The notes under the pieces were generated by a model. That model was not told the DNA's origin. It searched no databases and saw only the letters and a list, made by a program, of their open reading frames with translations. 64,000 bases of DNA from Bacteroidales bacterium (lineage in GTDB: Bacteria > Bacteroidota > Bacteroidia > Bacteroidales > UBA10428): the NCBI GenBank assembly GCA_016935615.1, contig JAFGQO010000052.1:30175-94174 (forward strand), given 5' to 3'. Both the position numbers and the translations under genes were made by a program. Of the stretch, positions 47,430 to 58,287 are shown piece after piece. How positions within the stretch are numbered: position 1 is the first letter of the stretch; each line of letters begins with the position of its first letter.

Positions 47430-48448
47430 AAAGAGAAAGTTTAAAAAATGCATATATCGCCCTTGGTCTGTTGTTTGGAATAATCATGATCGGGGTAATC
47501 GGTTTTATGGTGATTGAAGATTTTAGCTTTACTGATGCATTTTTTATGACAATTATTACGATTGCAACAGTCGGTTTTCGCGAGATTCATCCTCTTTCAC
47601 CAATCGGTATGTATTTTACGGCATTTCTGATTATTTTTAGTTTTGGTATATTTGCTTATGCTGTAACAACATTTACCAGATACGTGGTTGATGGAGCAAT
47701 TGGTCATTATTATAAAAGCAGAAAAGTGAGAAACAAAATTCAAAAATTAAAGGATCACGTTATCATTTGCGGATATGGTCGAAATGGGCAACAAGCCGTT
47801 CAGGAATTGCTTGATCACAATGCTGATATTGTTATTATTGAAAGGGAAGAAGAGCCTATGGAACACATCCTGGAAAATCAAAAATTACTATATGTACATG
47901 GCGACGCAACACGTGATGATGTTTTAGGAATGTGCCAGATTGAAAAGGCAAAAGCTTTGATTACTACCCTTCCTGTTGATGCTGACAATTTATTCGTTGT
48001 ACTTACAGCCCGTGAGATGAATCCAGGCCTGAAAATTATAAGTCGCGCATCAAATGAACATTCTGATATTAAATTGAAAAGGGCAGGTGCAACAAATGTA
48101 ATTATGCCTGATCGTATCGGTGGCCAGCGTATGGCAAAACTTGTTGTCCAACCGGATGTAGTGGAATTCCTGGATTTTTTAATGCTTCAAAGCGTTGAAA
48201 ATGTAGCAATTGAAGAAGTAAATTGTATTTCGATGCACTCTTGTTTTGAAGGAAAATCCATTAGAGAACTTGATATTCGAAATGAATCAGGGGCAAATAT
48301 TATTGGTTTGAAACGATCGGATAATTCCTTTATTGTCAACCCCTTACCTGAAGTCCTTTTATCCTCCACCGATAAAATTTTTGCTCTTGGAACCAAAAAC
48401 CAGATCAATCGGTTAAAGAAAACATTGATTGAAGGTGAAAATGTCTGA
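47426..48448 (+). CDS. Potassium-channel-like protein with RCK (TrkA-N/TrkA-C) domains
   Basis: The ATG at 47426 overlaps the upstream stop (ATGA). It has two TMs plus a pore helix (TIATVGFRE, a variant filter), the Rossmann segment IICGYGRNGQ and a C-terminal TrkA-C. Confidence 0.75.
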   Translation: MKRESLKNAYIALGLLFGIIMIGVIGFMVIEDFSFTDAFFMTIITIATVGFREIHPLSPIGMYFTAFLIIFSFGIFAYAVTTFTRYVVDGAIGHYYKSRKVRNKIQKLKDHVIICGYGRNGQQAVQELLDHNADIVIIEREEEPMEHILENQKLLYVHGDATRDDVLGMCQIEKAKALITTLPVDADNLFVVLTAREMNPGLKIISRASNEHSDIKLKRAGATNVIMPDRIGGQRMAKLVVQPDVVEFLDFLMLQSVENVAIEEVNCISMHSCFEGKSIRELDIRNESGANIIGLKRSDNSFIVNPLPEVLLSSTDKIFALGTKNQINRLKKTLIEGENV

Positions 48449-48616
48449 CTCTGGAAAAATAGTCAACAAATGATTTTTTTTCGCACAAATATCTTATCCC
48501 GGCCTGAACTTTTTTGGTCAACAAAGATGTTTAAAACAAATTAGAGACTTGGTTTATAACAAATTTTATCTACCTTTGCGTTTCTATTTTTTGGCCATAT
48601 TTAATTGATTGAATAT

Positions 48617-48886
48617 ATGAATTTAACATCTGAACAAAAGCAGGAAATTTTTGGCAAATATGGAAAGTCAGATAAAGACACTGGTTCACCAGAAAGCCAG
48701 ATTGCTTTATTTTCTAACCGGATTAACCACCTCACCGAACATTTAAAGACAAATGATAAAGATTTTAGCACACAACGTGCTCTCCTTAAGTTAGTTGGTA
48801 AAAGACGGAGATTACTTGATTATTTGAAAAAAAGAGAGATTGAAAGGTACAGAGCAATTATTAAAACTTTGGAATTAAGAAAATAA
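48617..48886 (+). CDS. rpsO: 30S ribosomal protein S15
   Basis: 89 aa. DTGS.E.QIALF..RI..LTEHLK....D..S.R.LL..VG.RR.LL.YL. It is followed by pnp, the conserved rpsO-pnp pair. Confidence 0.95.
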   Translation: MNLTSEQKQEIFGKYGKSDKDTGSPESQIALFSNRINHLTEHLKTNDKDFSTQRALLKLVGKRRRLLDYLKKREIERYRAIIKTLELRK

Positions 48887-48895
48887 AAGCAAAAA

Positions 48896-48920
48896 GGCAA
48901 TCTGAGCAATTGCCTTTTTT
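48896..48920 (+). terminator. Rho-independent terminator/attenuator after rpsO
   Basis: GGCAAT (48896-901) pairs with ATTGCC (48909-914), followed by T6 (48915-920). Confidence 0.6.
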
Positions 48921-49024
48921 CTTTCCGTCAATAAGGAGTATTGTCAAAAAAAGCAACGATTATTCTGAATATCATAATCGCCTGATAATGCCTTAATAAA
49001 ACAAACGTGTTTAATTTAATAACT

Positions 49025-51181
49025 ATGTATACATCAATTTTAAAAACAATTGACCTGGGCGATAACAGAAAAATTGAAATAGAAACTGGAAAACTTGCTA
49101 AACAAGCTGATGGATCAGTAATTGTCAAACAAGGAAATACCATGCTATTAGCAGCTGTTACTTGCGCAAAAGAAGCCAAAGAAGATGTTGACTTTATGCC
49201 GCTTCAGGTTGAATACAAGGAAAAATATGCTTCCGCTGGTCGTTTTCCCGGAGGTTTCCTGAAACGCGAATCACGTCCGGGTGATTATGAAATTTTAATT
49301 TCCCGTCTTGTTGACAGGGCTTTACGACCACTTTTCCCGGATGACTTCCATGCAGAAACTTTCGTAAATATATATCTGATTTCAGCCGATAGAGACATCA
49401 CTCCGGATGCTCTTGCAGGATTAGCTGCTTCAGCAGCTCTTTCAGTGTCAGATATACCTTTTAACGGCCCCATTTCAGAAGTACGTGTAGCACGCATCAA
49501 CGAAAAATTTAAAATAAATCCAACTTTCAGTGAACTGGAAGAAGCTGACCTGGATATCATTGTTGGTGCTACGCTTGATAATATACTGATGGTAGAAGGA
49601 GAAATGAATGAAGTCTCTGAAAAAGAAATGCTTGAAGCCATTAAATATGCACATGAGGAAATAAAAAAACAATGTAAGGTTCAGATTGAACTTGCAAAAG
49701 AAGTCGGCAAAACTGAAAAAAGAGAATACTCGCACGAAACAAATGATGAAGAACTGGAAAAACTTGTATGGGAAAAAACCTACAAAAAAGTGTATGATGT
49801 AGTAAAAAATACTCCCGGCAAGCAGGAAAGACATGATACTCTGGACACTGTTAAGACCGAATTCATTGAGTGGTACACATCAACATTGACTGAAGATGAT
49901 GAAGTTCCTGAAATTTTAATCGATAGATATTATCATGAGGTAGAGAAGAAAGCCGTACGATCACTCATACTCGATGAAAAAGTACGGGTTGATGGAAGAA
50001 AAACGGATGAAATAAGACCAATCTGGTGCGAAGTGGATTACCTGCCTGCATCTCATGGCTCTGCTATTTTTACAAGAGGAGAGACACAGTCTCTTACCAC
50101 GGTGACTCTGGGAACAAAACTGGATGAAAAGGTAATTGATGAAGTCCTGATTCAGGGTACCGACAAGTTTGTTCTTCATTATAATTTTCCTCCTTTTTCA
50201 ACCGGAGATGCAAGACCTTTAAGAGGAATCAGCCGACGGGAAATAGGACATGGGAATTTAGCCCACCGGGCTTTGAAAAAAATGATACCGGAAGAAAATC
50301 CGTATGCAATACGTGTAGTCTCTGACATTCTTGAATCAAACGGATCTTCATCGATGGCCACAGTTTGTGCAGGAACCCTTTCCTTAATGGATTCGGGAGT
50401 ACAGCTTAAAAAGCCTGTTTCAGGAATTGCAATGGGATTGATAACCGATCCGGAATCAGGAAAATATGCAATTCTTTCAGATATTTTGGGTGACGAAGAC
50501 CATCTTGGTGATATGGATTTCAAAGTAGCCGGAACAAAGGATGGTATAACTGCAACACAAATGGATATCAAAGTCGAAGGTTTATCATACGAAACTCTTG
50601 AAAAAGCTCTTGAGCAAGCCAAAAAAGGAAGACTATATATACTTGATAAAATGCTTGAAACCATATCTGAACCAAGAGCTGACTACAAACCGCATGTGCC
50701 AAGAATTGAAAAGATTATCATACCAAAAGAAATGATAGGTCCATTGATTGGCCCTGGCGGTAAAGTAATTCAGGAAATACAAAACACAACCGGAGCAACC
50801 ATTGTTATTGAAGAAGTAGATAATGTTGGAGTAGTTGATGTTTTCGCAATCGACAAGGAAACTATTGAGGCTGCATTGAAACGCATTAAAGCAATCGTTG
50901 AAGTTCCTGAAATTGGGAAAATCTATAAAGGAAAAGTAAAATCGATCGTAAGTTTCGGGGCTTTTGTTGAAATACTTCCCGGAAAAGATGGTTTGTTACA
51001 TATTTCTGAAATTGAATGGCGCAGAATCAACAACGTCGAAGATGAAATGAAGGTTGGAGACACAATTGAAGTAAAATTAATCGATATCGATGCCAAAACC
51101 GGTAATCTTAAACTATCCAGAAAAGTGCTTTTGCCAAAGCCTGACAAGGACAAAAAAGACAACAATCATCGAAAGGATTAA
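49025..51181 (+). CDS. pnp: Polyribonucleotide nucleotidyltransferase (PNPase)
   Basis: ATG at 49025 (the track ORF starts at a GTG at 49007). It has two RNase PH domains, KH (IGPGGK.I) and an S1 C-terminus (G.V..I..FGAFVE.LPGKDGL.HISE). Confidence 0.95.
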   Translation: MYTSILKTIDLGDNRKIEIETGKLAKQADGSVIVKQGNTMLLAAVTCAKEAKEDVDFMPLQVEYKEKYASAGRFPGGFLKRESRPGDYEILISRLVDRALRPLFPDDFHAETFVNIYLISADRDITPDALAGLAASAALSVSDIPFNGPISEVRVARINEKFKINPTFSELEEADLDIIVGATLDNILMVEGEMNEVSEKEMLEAIKYAHEEIKKQCKVQIELAKEVGKTEKREYSHETNDEELEKLVWEKTYKKVYDVVKNTPGKQERHDTLDTVKTEFIEWYTSTLTEDDEVPEILIDRYYHEVEKKAVRSLILDEKVRVDGRKTDEIRPIWCEVDYLPASHGSAIFTRGETQSLTTVTLGTKLDEKVIDEVLIQGTDKFVLHYNFPPFSTGDARPLRGISRREIGHGNLAHRALKKMIPEENPYAIRVVSDILESNGSSSMATVCAGTLSLMDSGVQLKKPVSGIAMGLITDPESGKYAILSDILGDEDHLGDMDFKVAGTKDGITATQMDIKVEGLSYETLEKALEQAKKGRLYILDKMLETISEPRADYKPHVPRIEKIIIPKEMIGPLIGPGGKVIQEIQNTTGATIVIEEVDNVGVVDVFAIDKETIEAALKRIKAIVEVPEIGKIYKGKVKSIVSFGAFVEILPGKDGLLHISEIEWRRINNVEDEMKVGDTIEVKLIDIDAKTGNLKLSRKVLLPKPDKDKKDNNHRKD

Positions 51182-51284
51182 TTATCAAAGTCTGTCAAAA
51201 GTAAATAAACCGTAAAAACTGAAATAACTCTTAAAAAAGCCTTTCTGCCTATTAGTAAAACTTTATGAACAGATCAGGTAAAAC

Positions 51285-51770
51285 ATGAACAAAAAAATAT
51301 GGTTGAATCATTTTTATCGGACACTTGAAAATAAAAAAACCAAATTTCATCCATCAGATTTTAAATTTTATAACATTGCCCGGTTACCAATACTGGCTGA
51401 TAAAACAATATTGTATTCTTCCACATGCCCACAATGTATGATTCACATAAAGCTGTTGGAAAAAATGGCTGATGAGTTGCCTGAATGCCTTGATTTTGCA
51501 GATACAAGAAAAAAATTTGTACTCACAAAAGATAAAATAGAATCCCATTTAAAAAAGGAGCATAGGCTCAGATTTGCCACCTATTACTCTTCATTGTATA
51601 CTTTTTTATTTGCAATGCTTGGCGCAGTGATTGGATTGCTAATTGCCCGGATGATAAAAAAAAGTCCGGAAAATCTTATCCTGATCTTTCTGGCAACAGG
51701 TATGATTTCAGGGTATTTGTTCGGAAAAATGAAAGACCACAAAAAATATCGGCAAAATCAACAATTGTAA
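51285..51770 (+). CDS. Hypothetical membrane protein
   Basis: 161 aa with a CPQC motif and two C-terminal hydrophobic helices. No family recognised. Confidence 0.35.
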   Translation: MNKKIWLNHFYRTLENKKTKFHPSDFKFYNIARLPILADKTILYSSTCPQCMIHIKLLEKMADELPECLDFADTRKKFVLTKDKIESHLKKEHRLRFATYYSSLYTFLFAMLGAVIGLLIARMIKKSPENLILIFLATGMISGYLFGKMKDHKKYRQNQQL

Positions 51771-52052
51771 AGAAAAAATAAAAAATGAATTGTAAGTCAT
51801 TGATTTAACATGCTTTAAAGATTGAAAAAACTGGATCAGCACAAATAATCCAAAGAATTATCATTTCTTTTTATAATTTTATTCTATTGATTATTAAGCA
51901 GTTTTCTAATTTTTCTTATTTTAGCAAAAAATTGAAACCTCGTGGAAGGTTTTATTTTTTTTATATTGAAAACATTATTATGTTTGTATTAGAGCTAAAT
52001 TTTTATTCAAACCAGCATAAATTAAAATTGTAAATTAAATAACAAGTACATC

Positions 52053-53774
52053 ATGAAAAAACTTACGCTGAACCTATTGACTCTTGGTGTTGCAGCTATT
52101 GTAATTAGCAGCTGTGGAGGTTTAAACAAAATGGTAGATAACTCCAGCACCGTTGATTACGATGTTCAACCTTCTCCAGTCGAAACCCATGGTGGTGAAG
52201 TAGAAGTAACCATCAACACGACTTTCCCGGAAAAATACTTCAATAAGAAAGCTGTAGTTACTGCTACTCCGGTATTGAAATACGAAGACGGTCAGACAGA
52301 ATTCGAACCGACTACATTACAGGGTGAAAAAGTTGAAGCAAACAATAAAGTCATTCCCTATGCAGGTGGCAGTTATTCTTATACCGGCAAAGTTCCTTAT
52401 AAGCCAGAAATGTTGAAATCAGAGTTGGTTGTTGAAATGAGTGCTCAAATAAAGGATAAAGATCCGGTACTTATCCCTGGAATAAAGATCGCTGATGGTG
52501 TTATTGCCACACCAACTTTGGTTAACGATAAAGCACAAGCAATTCTTGTAGGAGACAAATTCCAGAGAATAGTTCCTGAAACTTATGACGCTGAAATCCT
52601 TTATGTAATCAATAAATATGATATCCGGAATTCAGAGCTGAAAAAAGAACAGGTTGCGGAATTTCAGAAAAAAATAGCTAAGGCATCAACCGATTCAGCT
52701 ATTGTAATCAAAGATGCAAAAATTTCTTCCTATGCATCACCTGACGGAGCATATGACCTGAATGAAAGATTATCTGGTAACAGAGGGGATGCTGCTGAAA
52801 GATACCTTGAGCGTGCGTTAAAGAAAATGAAAGTCAAAGGTTTTGATACTGAAGGATTCTTAAGTACTCTCGAAACAGCTGAAGACTGGGACGGATTCAA
52901 AAAACTTATGGAAGAATCAGACATTAAAGACAAAGAACTTATTCTTCGTGTCCTTTCCATGTATTCTGACCCTGCAGTTAGAGAAAAAGAAATTAAAAAT
53001 ATAGCTGAAGCTTTTGAAGAAATAAAAGTGGAAGTGCTTCCTTTGCTGCGTCGTTCTCAGATGTTTATCAATGTTGAAAATATTGGATACACTGACGAAG
53101 AAATAATAGCCCTTTCACAATCTGATCCTGACACTTTAAACCTTGAAGAAATCCTTTATGCAGCTACATTAACAGATGATAACAATGAAAAACTTCGTAT
53201 CTATCAGGTTGCTGCCAAAAACTATCCTGAATCCTTCAGAGCCAAAAACAATGTTGGTTACATTTTGATGGAACAGGGAAAAACAGCCGAAGCAAAAGCT
53301 GCTTTCGAAGAAGCTCAGGCAATTCAGGATGATGATGTAATTAAGAACAATCTTGGAGCTGTTGCGCTTGCCGAAGGAGATATCACAAAAGCTGAAGAAC
53401 TGTTTACCTCTGCTATGGGTGCAGGTAATGCAGTAAATTATAACCTGGGAATTATTAAAATAAAACAAGGAGATTATACTGCCGCAGTGAATTATTTTGG
53501 TAATAAAGCTTCTTTCAATGCTGCACTTGCACAACTTTTAAATGATGATGTTAGCAAATGCTTGGCTACTCTTGGTGAAATGGGTGATACAAAATGTGCA
53601 AAAGTTGATTACCTGAGAGCTGTTGCAGGAGCACGTGCAGGAAGAGATGAAGTAGTATTCAATAACCTTTCTGCTGCAATAGCCAAAGATGCAAAATGGA
53701 AAGATTATGCCAAAAAAGATGCTGAATTCCTGAAATATGCTGCAAATGAAGCATTTGTTAAAATAGTAGAATAA
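52053..53774 (+). CDS. Lipoprotein with C-terminal TPR-like repeats
   Basis: Signal plus lipobox (VISSCGG). The C-terminal third has Ala/Asn-rich TPR-like helices (AK.AFEEA......NNLG...L..GD...A...F). Confidence 0.55.
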   Translation: MKKLTLNLLTLGVAAIVISSCGGLNKMVDNSSTVDYDVQPSPVETHGGEVEVTINTTFPEKYFNKKAVVTATPVLKYEDGQTEFEPTTLQGEKVEANNKVIPYAGGSYSYTGKVPYKPEMLKSELVVEMSAQIKDKDPVLIPGIKIADGVIATPTLVNDKAQAILVGDKFQRIVPETYDAEILYVINKYDIRNSELKKEQVAEFQKKIAKASTDSAIVIKDAKISSYASPDGAYDLNERLSGNRGDAAERYLERALKKMKVKGFDTEGFLSTLETAEDWDGFKKLMEESDIKDKELILRVLSMYSDPAVREKEIKNIAEAFEEIKVEVLPLLRRSQMFINVENIGYTDEEIIALSQSDPDTLNLEEILYAATLTDDNNEKLRIYQVAAKNYPESFRAKNNVGYILMEQGKTAEAKAAFEEAQAIQDDDVIKNNLGAVALAEGDITKAEELFTSAMGAGNAVNYNLGIIKIKQGDYTAAVNYFGNKASFNAALAQLLNDDVSKCLATLGEMGDTKCAKVDYLRAVAGARAGRDEVVFNNLSAAIAKDAKWKDYAKKDAEFLKYAANEAFVKIVE

Positions 53775-53795
53775 GAATAGAATAAAATACCTACT

Positions 53796-53827
53796 AAAAG
53801 CGGCTTTTTCCAAAGCCGCTTTTTTTA
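53796..53827. terminator. Bidirectional rho-independent terminator between convergent genes
   Basis: AAAAGCGGCTTT (53796-807) pairs with AAAGCCGCTTTT (53812-823), flanked by an A-run and a T-run. The T-run overlaps the stop of the SpoU-like gene. Confidence 0.75.
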
Positions 53828-54355
53828 TTTCATCATTTTCTTATAAACTTCCCAGACAAGTATCCCCGCACAAACCGATACATTTAGTGAGTGTTTTGTT
53901 CCATGCTGCTGTATCTCAATTGATAAATCGCACAAATCAACAATTTTTTGCTGTATCCCCCTCACTTCGTGACCCAGAACAAATGCATATTTTTCACCGG
54001 ACTGAATAGCAATCCTGTCAAGCATTATACTCTCCTCTGTTTGTTCTACTGCATAAATCTTATATCCTTTTTCTCTCAATCTCTCAATGACGGTCTCTGT
54101 TTTTTTAAAATATTCCCAATGGACAGACTCTGTTGCTCCCAAAGCAGTTTTATGGATGTCCTTATGCGGAGGCATTGCTGTTATTCCACACAAAGCAATT
54201 GATTCAACAAGAAATGCATCAGAAGTTCTGAATATTGAACCAATGTTATTCCTGCTCCTTACATTATCCAGAACCAATACCAATGGCAATTTTTTTGCTG
54301 TTTTATATTCGTTAAGGCTTAACCGGTTGAGTTCCTCGTTTAATAGTTTTCTCAT
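53825..54355 (-). CDS. SpoU/TrmH-family RNA 2'-O-methyltransferase
   Basis: 176 aa. LVLDNVRS.NN.GSIFRT.DAF and LGHE..G.........D....I...G...SLNVSV..GI are SpoU_methylase motifs. Confidence 0.8.
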   Translation of the reverse strand: MRKLLNEELNRLSLNEYKTAKKLPLVLVLDNVRSRNNIGSIFRTSDAFLVESIALCGITAMPPHKDIHKTALGATESVHWEYFKKTETVIERLREKGYKIYAVEQTEESIMLDRIAIQSGEKYAFVLGHEVRGIQQKIVDLCDLSIEIQQHGTKHSLNVSVCAGILVWEVYKKMMK

Positions 54356-54805
54356 AGTAATTCATTTAACATGAATGCAAAACAAATAAATTATTTCTAT
54401 ACAAATGAAGTTCTATGGTAAATATTATATTCTGCTTCTTTGCCAAACTGAAATCCTCTCAAAAGAATCGGAACAGGCTGTACACAAAAGCATTGACTTT
54501 TGCAACACAATCCTCCGGCGGACAGTCACAACAAGGCAATAAACAAAACATAACTTGTCCCGAAATAATTTCCGGATGAATTTCATGAGCGCAATAGCAG
54601 AATGCTAAAATATATTGAATACAACTATTTGATATTAAGTACAATTTTGTTCGAATGAAACGTTCATGAATATTTTATTTATAAATTCACAAAAAGGAAT
54701 GAATACCCTATTCATAATAAGTTACACAAGACCAATAAAACAGCATAAATATATCCTTGTGAAAAAAATAGATATTTTCGTAATCCGACAGAACACAGAA
54801 ATGTA

Positions 54806-55996
54806 ATGAATATTCACGAATACCAGGGAAAACAAATATTAAAAGACCATGGAGTTCAGGTACCCGAAGGAGTTGTTGTTTTTGATCCAAAAGAATCACG
54901 CAAGGCAGCCGAACAAATTCAGACCATTACTAATAGCGACACATGGGCTGTAAAAGCCCAGATTCATGCGGGTGGCAGAGGAAAAGGAGGTGGAATTAAA
55001 ATAGCAAAATCATTTGATGAGGTAGAAAAATATTCCGAACAAATACTGGGAATGACACTTATCACTCCGCAAACCGGCTCTCAGGGTAAAAAAGTACAAA
55101 AAATACTTATTGAACAAGGACTATACTATCCCGGCGATCATCCGGTTGAAGAATATTATATGAGTATTTTATTGGACAGATCAAGCGAAAAAAATATGAT
55201 ACTTTACTCTCCGGAAGGAGGCATGGATATTGAAACTGTAGCAAAAACTACTCCCGGTTTACTATTCAAGGAAGTAATTGATCCGTTATTGGGTATTCAG
55301 GACTTCCAGGCAAGAAAAATTGCATTTAATCTGAAACTTTCAGGAAAAGCTTTTAAAGAAATGACAAAATTTGTTAAATCTTTGTATAAGACTTATGTTC
55401 ACTGTAATGCCTCCCTGTTTGAGATTAATCCGGTAATAAAGACCTCTGATGATCTTATAATTGCTGCCGATTCAAAAGTAAACCTGGATGATAATGCTTT
55501 TATCAGACATCCGGAATACGAAAACCTTAGAGATCATAATGAAGAAGATGAGGCTGAAATTGAAGCTTCTGTTCACAATCTTAATTTTATTAAGCTCGAT
55601 GGAAATGTTGGTTGCATGGTAAATGGTGCCGGATTGGCCATGGCCACAATGGACATTATCAAACTTTCAGGCGGTGAACCTGCAAATTTTCTTGATGTAG
55701 GTGGCAATGCCAGTGCCCATACCGTTGAAGCAGGATTTCGCCTTATCTTGAAAGATCAGAGAGTGAAAGCTATATTAATTAACATTTTTGGTGGGATAGT
55801 ACGCTGCGACAGAGTCGCACAAGGAGTAGTAGATGCATATCATTCGATCGGAAATTGGAAAGTCCCTGTTATTGTTCGTTTGCAGGGAACAAATGCAGAT
55901 GGAGGTAAAAAAATTATTGATGATTCAGGACTAAAAGTATTTTCAGCAATCACACTTCAGGAAGCCGCTGATCTGGTAAAAAAGCTAATCGGTTAA
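54806..55996 (+). CDS. sucC: Succinate--CoA ligase (ADP-forming) beta subunit
   Basis: MNIHEYQGKQILKDHGV....G....., KAQIHAGGRGKGGG and the ATP-grasp/ligase-CoA C-terminus. Confidence 0.92.
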   Translation: MNIHEYQGKQILKDHGVQVPEGVVVFDPKESRKAAEQIQTITNSDTWAVKAQIHAGGRGKGGGIKIAKSFDEVEKYSEQILGMTLITPQTGSQGKKVQKILIEQGLYYPGDHPVEEYYMSILLDRSSEKNMILYSPEGGMDIETVAKTTPGLLFKEVIDPLLGIQDFQARKIAFNLKLSGKAFKEMTKFVKSLYKTYVHCNASLFEINPVIKTSDDLIIAADSKVNLDDNAFIRHPEYENLRDHNEEDEAEIEASVHNLNFIKLDGNVGCMVNGAGLAMATMDIIKLSGGEPANFLDVGGNASAHTVEAGFRLILKDQRVKAILINIFGGIVRCDRVAQGVVDAYHSIGNWKVPVIVRLQGTNADGGKKIIDDSGLKVFSAITLQEAADLVKKLIG

Positions 55997-56300
55997 TTGA
56001 AGCTCCTCGCCGTGCTCCGTCGCACGCTGTCGCTGAAGTTTTAGCGTAGGCGCCAGAAGCTATGGCGCAAGCGACAAGCAGCGAGAAACTATCCTCACGA
56101 GCATAGCGAGTAATCCTCGATCCTTCTTTATTTTTTTTTGCGCTCACTAACCCCGCAGCAACCTGCCCGCCAAAAGCCATGGCAGGCGGGGCTACGGGGA
56201 ACCGAGTTTACGAGCTCGGCCCAGCCTGCCATGACTTCCAAAGGCAGTTAAACCTTCGGCAGGTAAACCGGCTGGCAAAGAAGCCAATGCGCTCGCAGGA
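55997..56300. repeat. GC-rich hairpin-rich intergenic element at the convergent sucC/arcA junction
   Basis: About 300 nt of markedly GC-rich sequence in an AT-rich genome. Hairpins include GCGCCA-N7-TGGCGC (56050-68), CCCGCC...GGCGGG (56165-90), CCGAG...CTCGG (56201-18) and CTGCC...GGCAG (56225-46). It shares the 11-mer GGTAAACCGGC with 7191-7201. Confidence 0.5.
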
Positions 56301-56352
56301 TTCATTATTGAAGGTGTATCTTTCCAATATTCTGTATGATATCCGAAAATTA

Positions 56353-57597
56353 CTATTCCCTTCTGACAGGCATCGTCATGCATCGGGCACCTCCTCCTCC
56401 ACGAGATAGTTCGGCTCCTTCAATAGTAATAAGCACCTTTTCGTAATCTTTATATGATTTTTTCTTATCAATTACTTCCTGGGCTGTAATCACTTCATAC
56501 CCCGCGGTATTAAGTTCCTGTGCAGTATAAACATTCCTGTCGTAACCAATCAGTTTTCCGTGTTCAAATGCCAAGAAATTTGCTCCGCTGTGCCACTGTT
56601 CTCTTTCCTGAAGCATATGTTTTGAACCACCGCATGATACAGGATAAAATTCCTTTCCTGTTATTCTTAATCCCTGCAATAAATTGTCAACATATTCAAT
56701 CTTTGCAACACTCTTATTGTCAATTTCCATTAAAACTGTATGATACTTATTTTCACCCAATATAAGAGGATCGTAAATCATACACTCATTATTGTTAAGT
56801 AAAGTAAACACCATGTCAAGATGTATGAATGACTCGGGGTCATCGGGTAACTCCTGAATTAATATATTTTTCACGGAAGTACAATGTATTACTTCCCGAA
56901 TAAAATGATCTACTCCACCGGCAGAGGTTCTGGCGCCTATTCCAATGATCAGAGTATTATCGTTCAATACCAAAACATCTCCTCCTTCAATTGTAAGTGT
57001 TTCATTTACACCCTTAAGGTTATCTGTCAGATCTATAACATTATTGCACGAAAAGTCCGGATGATACGTAAATAATGTTTTCATAAGGATTGCCTCAGGT
57101 TCTCGTATTTTTTTTGCCATGGCAGAGATAAAAACAGTATTACCAATAACAAATGAAGAATCTCTGGTAAAAAAAATATTGTGCAAAGGACTAATATGAT
57201 GACGGTTTTTATTCAGAAAATTCATTAATGTTTGTTGAATTAACGGAATTCCTTCAATGATCTGACGGCACAACTCAACATTGGTTAACGATTTCAACTG
57301 CAGGATAAGCTTTTCATCCTTAGTATAATCTGCTAACTCTCTAATAATCTGATTTCTGGCTTCAGGAATTGATAAAGTCTCATGAAGAAGATCTTTAATT
57401 TCATAAACCCTGCAAATTTGCTCAAGTATTCCTTTAAACTGGCCATATTCTTTTCCGGCTATGGAAAGATTTAATATGTCGCTGTATAAGGCTCTTTTAG
57501 CAGTAGCCGGAGTCATATTTTCGACCTCCGGTCCGGGCTCATGTATGATGACAGCTTCAAGTTTTGAAGTTTCTGAGGTTATATTTAGATTAAGCAT
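56353..57597 (-). CDS. arcA: Arginine deiminase
   Basis: 414 aa. KLEAVIIHEPG.E, FTRD and the C-terminal catalytic-Cys motif GGGGARCMTMP..R. Confidence 0.8.
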   Translation of the reverse strand: MLNLNITSETSKLEAVIIHEPGPEVENMTPATAKRALYSDILNLSIAGKEYGQFKGILEQICRVYEIKDLLHETLSIPEARNQIIRELADYTKDEKLILQLKSLTNVELCRQIIEGIPLIQQTLMNFLNKNRHHISPLHNIFFTRDSSFVIGNTVFISAMAKKIREPEAILMKTLFTYHPDFSCNNVIDLTDNLKGVNETLTIEGGDVLVLNDNTLIIGIGARTSAGGVDHFIREVIHCTSVKNILIQELPDDPESFIHLDMVFTLLNNNECMIYDPLILGENKYHTVLMEIDNKSVAKIEYVDNLLQGLRITGKEFYPVSCGGSKHMLQEREQWHSGANFLAFEHGKLIGYDRNVYTAQELNTAGYEVITAQEVIDKKKSYKDYEKVLITIEGAELSRGGGGARCMTMPVRRE

Positions 57598-57649
57598 AGT
57601 ATGTATATACAGCTTTGTTAACTTAATAAAAGGTATTCAATTGTCTGTG

Positions 57650-58123
57650 TTAATCACCTGTAAATCCTATTTTTCTGTGTGTCCCGTCACAAAACGGCAT
57701 TTTTTTTGATTTTCCGCATCTGCAAAATGAAGCCATTTTCATTTGTCGCAGTTCTCCTCCTCCGGACCCAACAATTTTAAATTTCCCTTTTACCACAAGA
57801 GGACCATCTTTCATAATTCTGACTTCGACTAAATCCTCTTCTTCTTTTGATTTATCTATGTTGTTTGCATCCGTATGATTCAATTTCTCCTCATCATTCC
57901 ATGCAAATGTCAATGCCCCTGTAGGGCATAAATTTACTACTCTGATTATTTCATTGGTAGAAGCACCGTATATATTCACCCATGGTCGTTTCCTCGGATC
58001 AAACACTTCAATTAATTCCTTGTAACATGTAGTTACATGAATGCATTTTGATGGTTTCCAGTATACTGTTATCTCCCCATTTGTATATTCTCTGTCTTTG
58101 CCACCACTTCGACTTTTATCCAT
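57650..58123 (-). CDS. Fusion of a divergent 4Fe-4S mono-cluster domain and a CDGSH iron-sulfur domain
   Basis: The C-terminal CRCG.S...PFCDGTH is the CDGSH motif. The N-terminal half (V.W....C.H...C......VF.......W.........I......CP.GAL) resembles (4Fe-4S)-binding DUF1271-type domains. Confidence 0.6.
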   Translation of the reverse strand: MDKSRSGGKDREYTNGEITVYWKPSKCIHVTTCYKELIEVFDPRKRPWVNIYGASTNEIIRVVNLCPTGALTFAWNDEEKLNHTDANNIDKSKEEEDLVEVRIMKDGPLVVKGKFKIVGSGGGELRQMKMASFCRCGKSKKMPFCDGTHRKIGFTGD

Positions 58124-58287
58124 AATCTTGTCATATATTAGAATAAAAAGACAATCCTAAATTTATAAATAAAACTTGCCAAAAGAAAAAGTATTCATGA
58201 ATACAAACCATTAATTACTAATTTCGTTTAATATTTAAGTCAGAAAAATTGGTATAGTAATTGCGAATGGTGAAATAAATAGTTCGC

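Noticed and set aside
49285-50664. Long antisense ORFs inside pnp (e.g. 50179..50664, 161 aa; 49285..49641; 49475..49834), and similar shadow ORFs inside glnN, cas9 and the histidine kinases
   Set aside because: They are fully contained in and antisense to strongly supported conserved genes. Their translations are low-complexity, so they are typical shadow ORFs.
55950-56409. ORFs 55950..56180(-), 56179..56409(+) and 56192..56383(-); likewise 7115..7330(-)
   Set aside because: They lie entirely in GC-rich hairpin repeat sequence at convergent gene junctions and overlap each other on both strands. Their Ala/Gly/Arg-rich translations are typical of GC-rich non-coding DNA.
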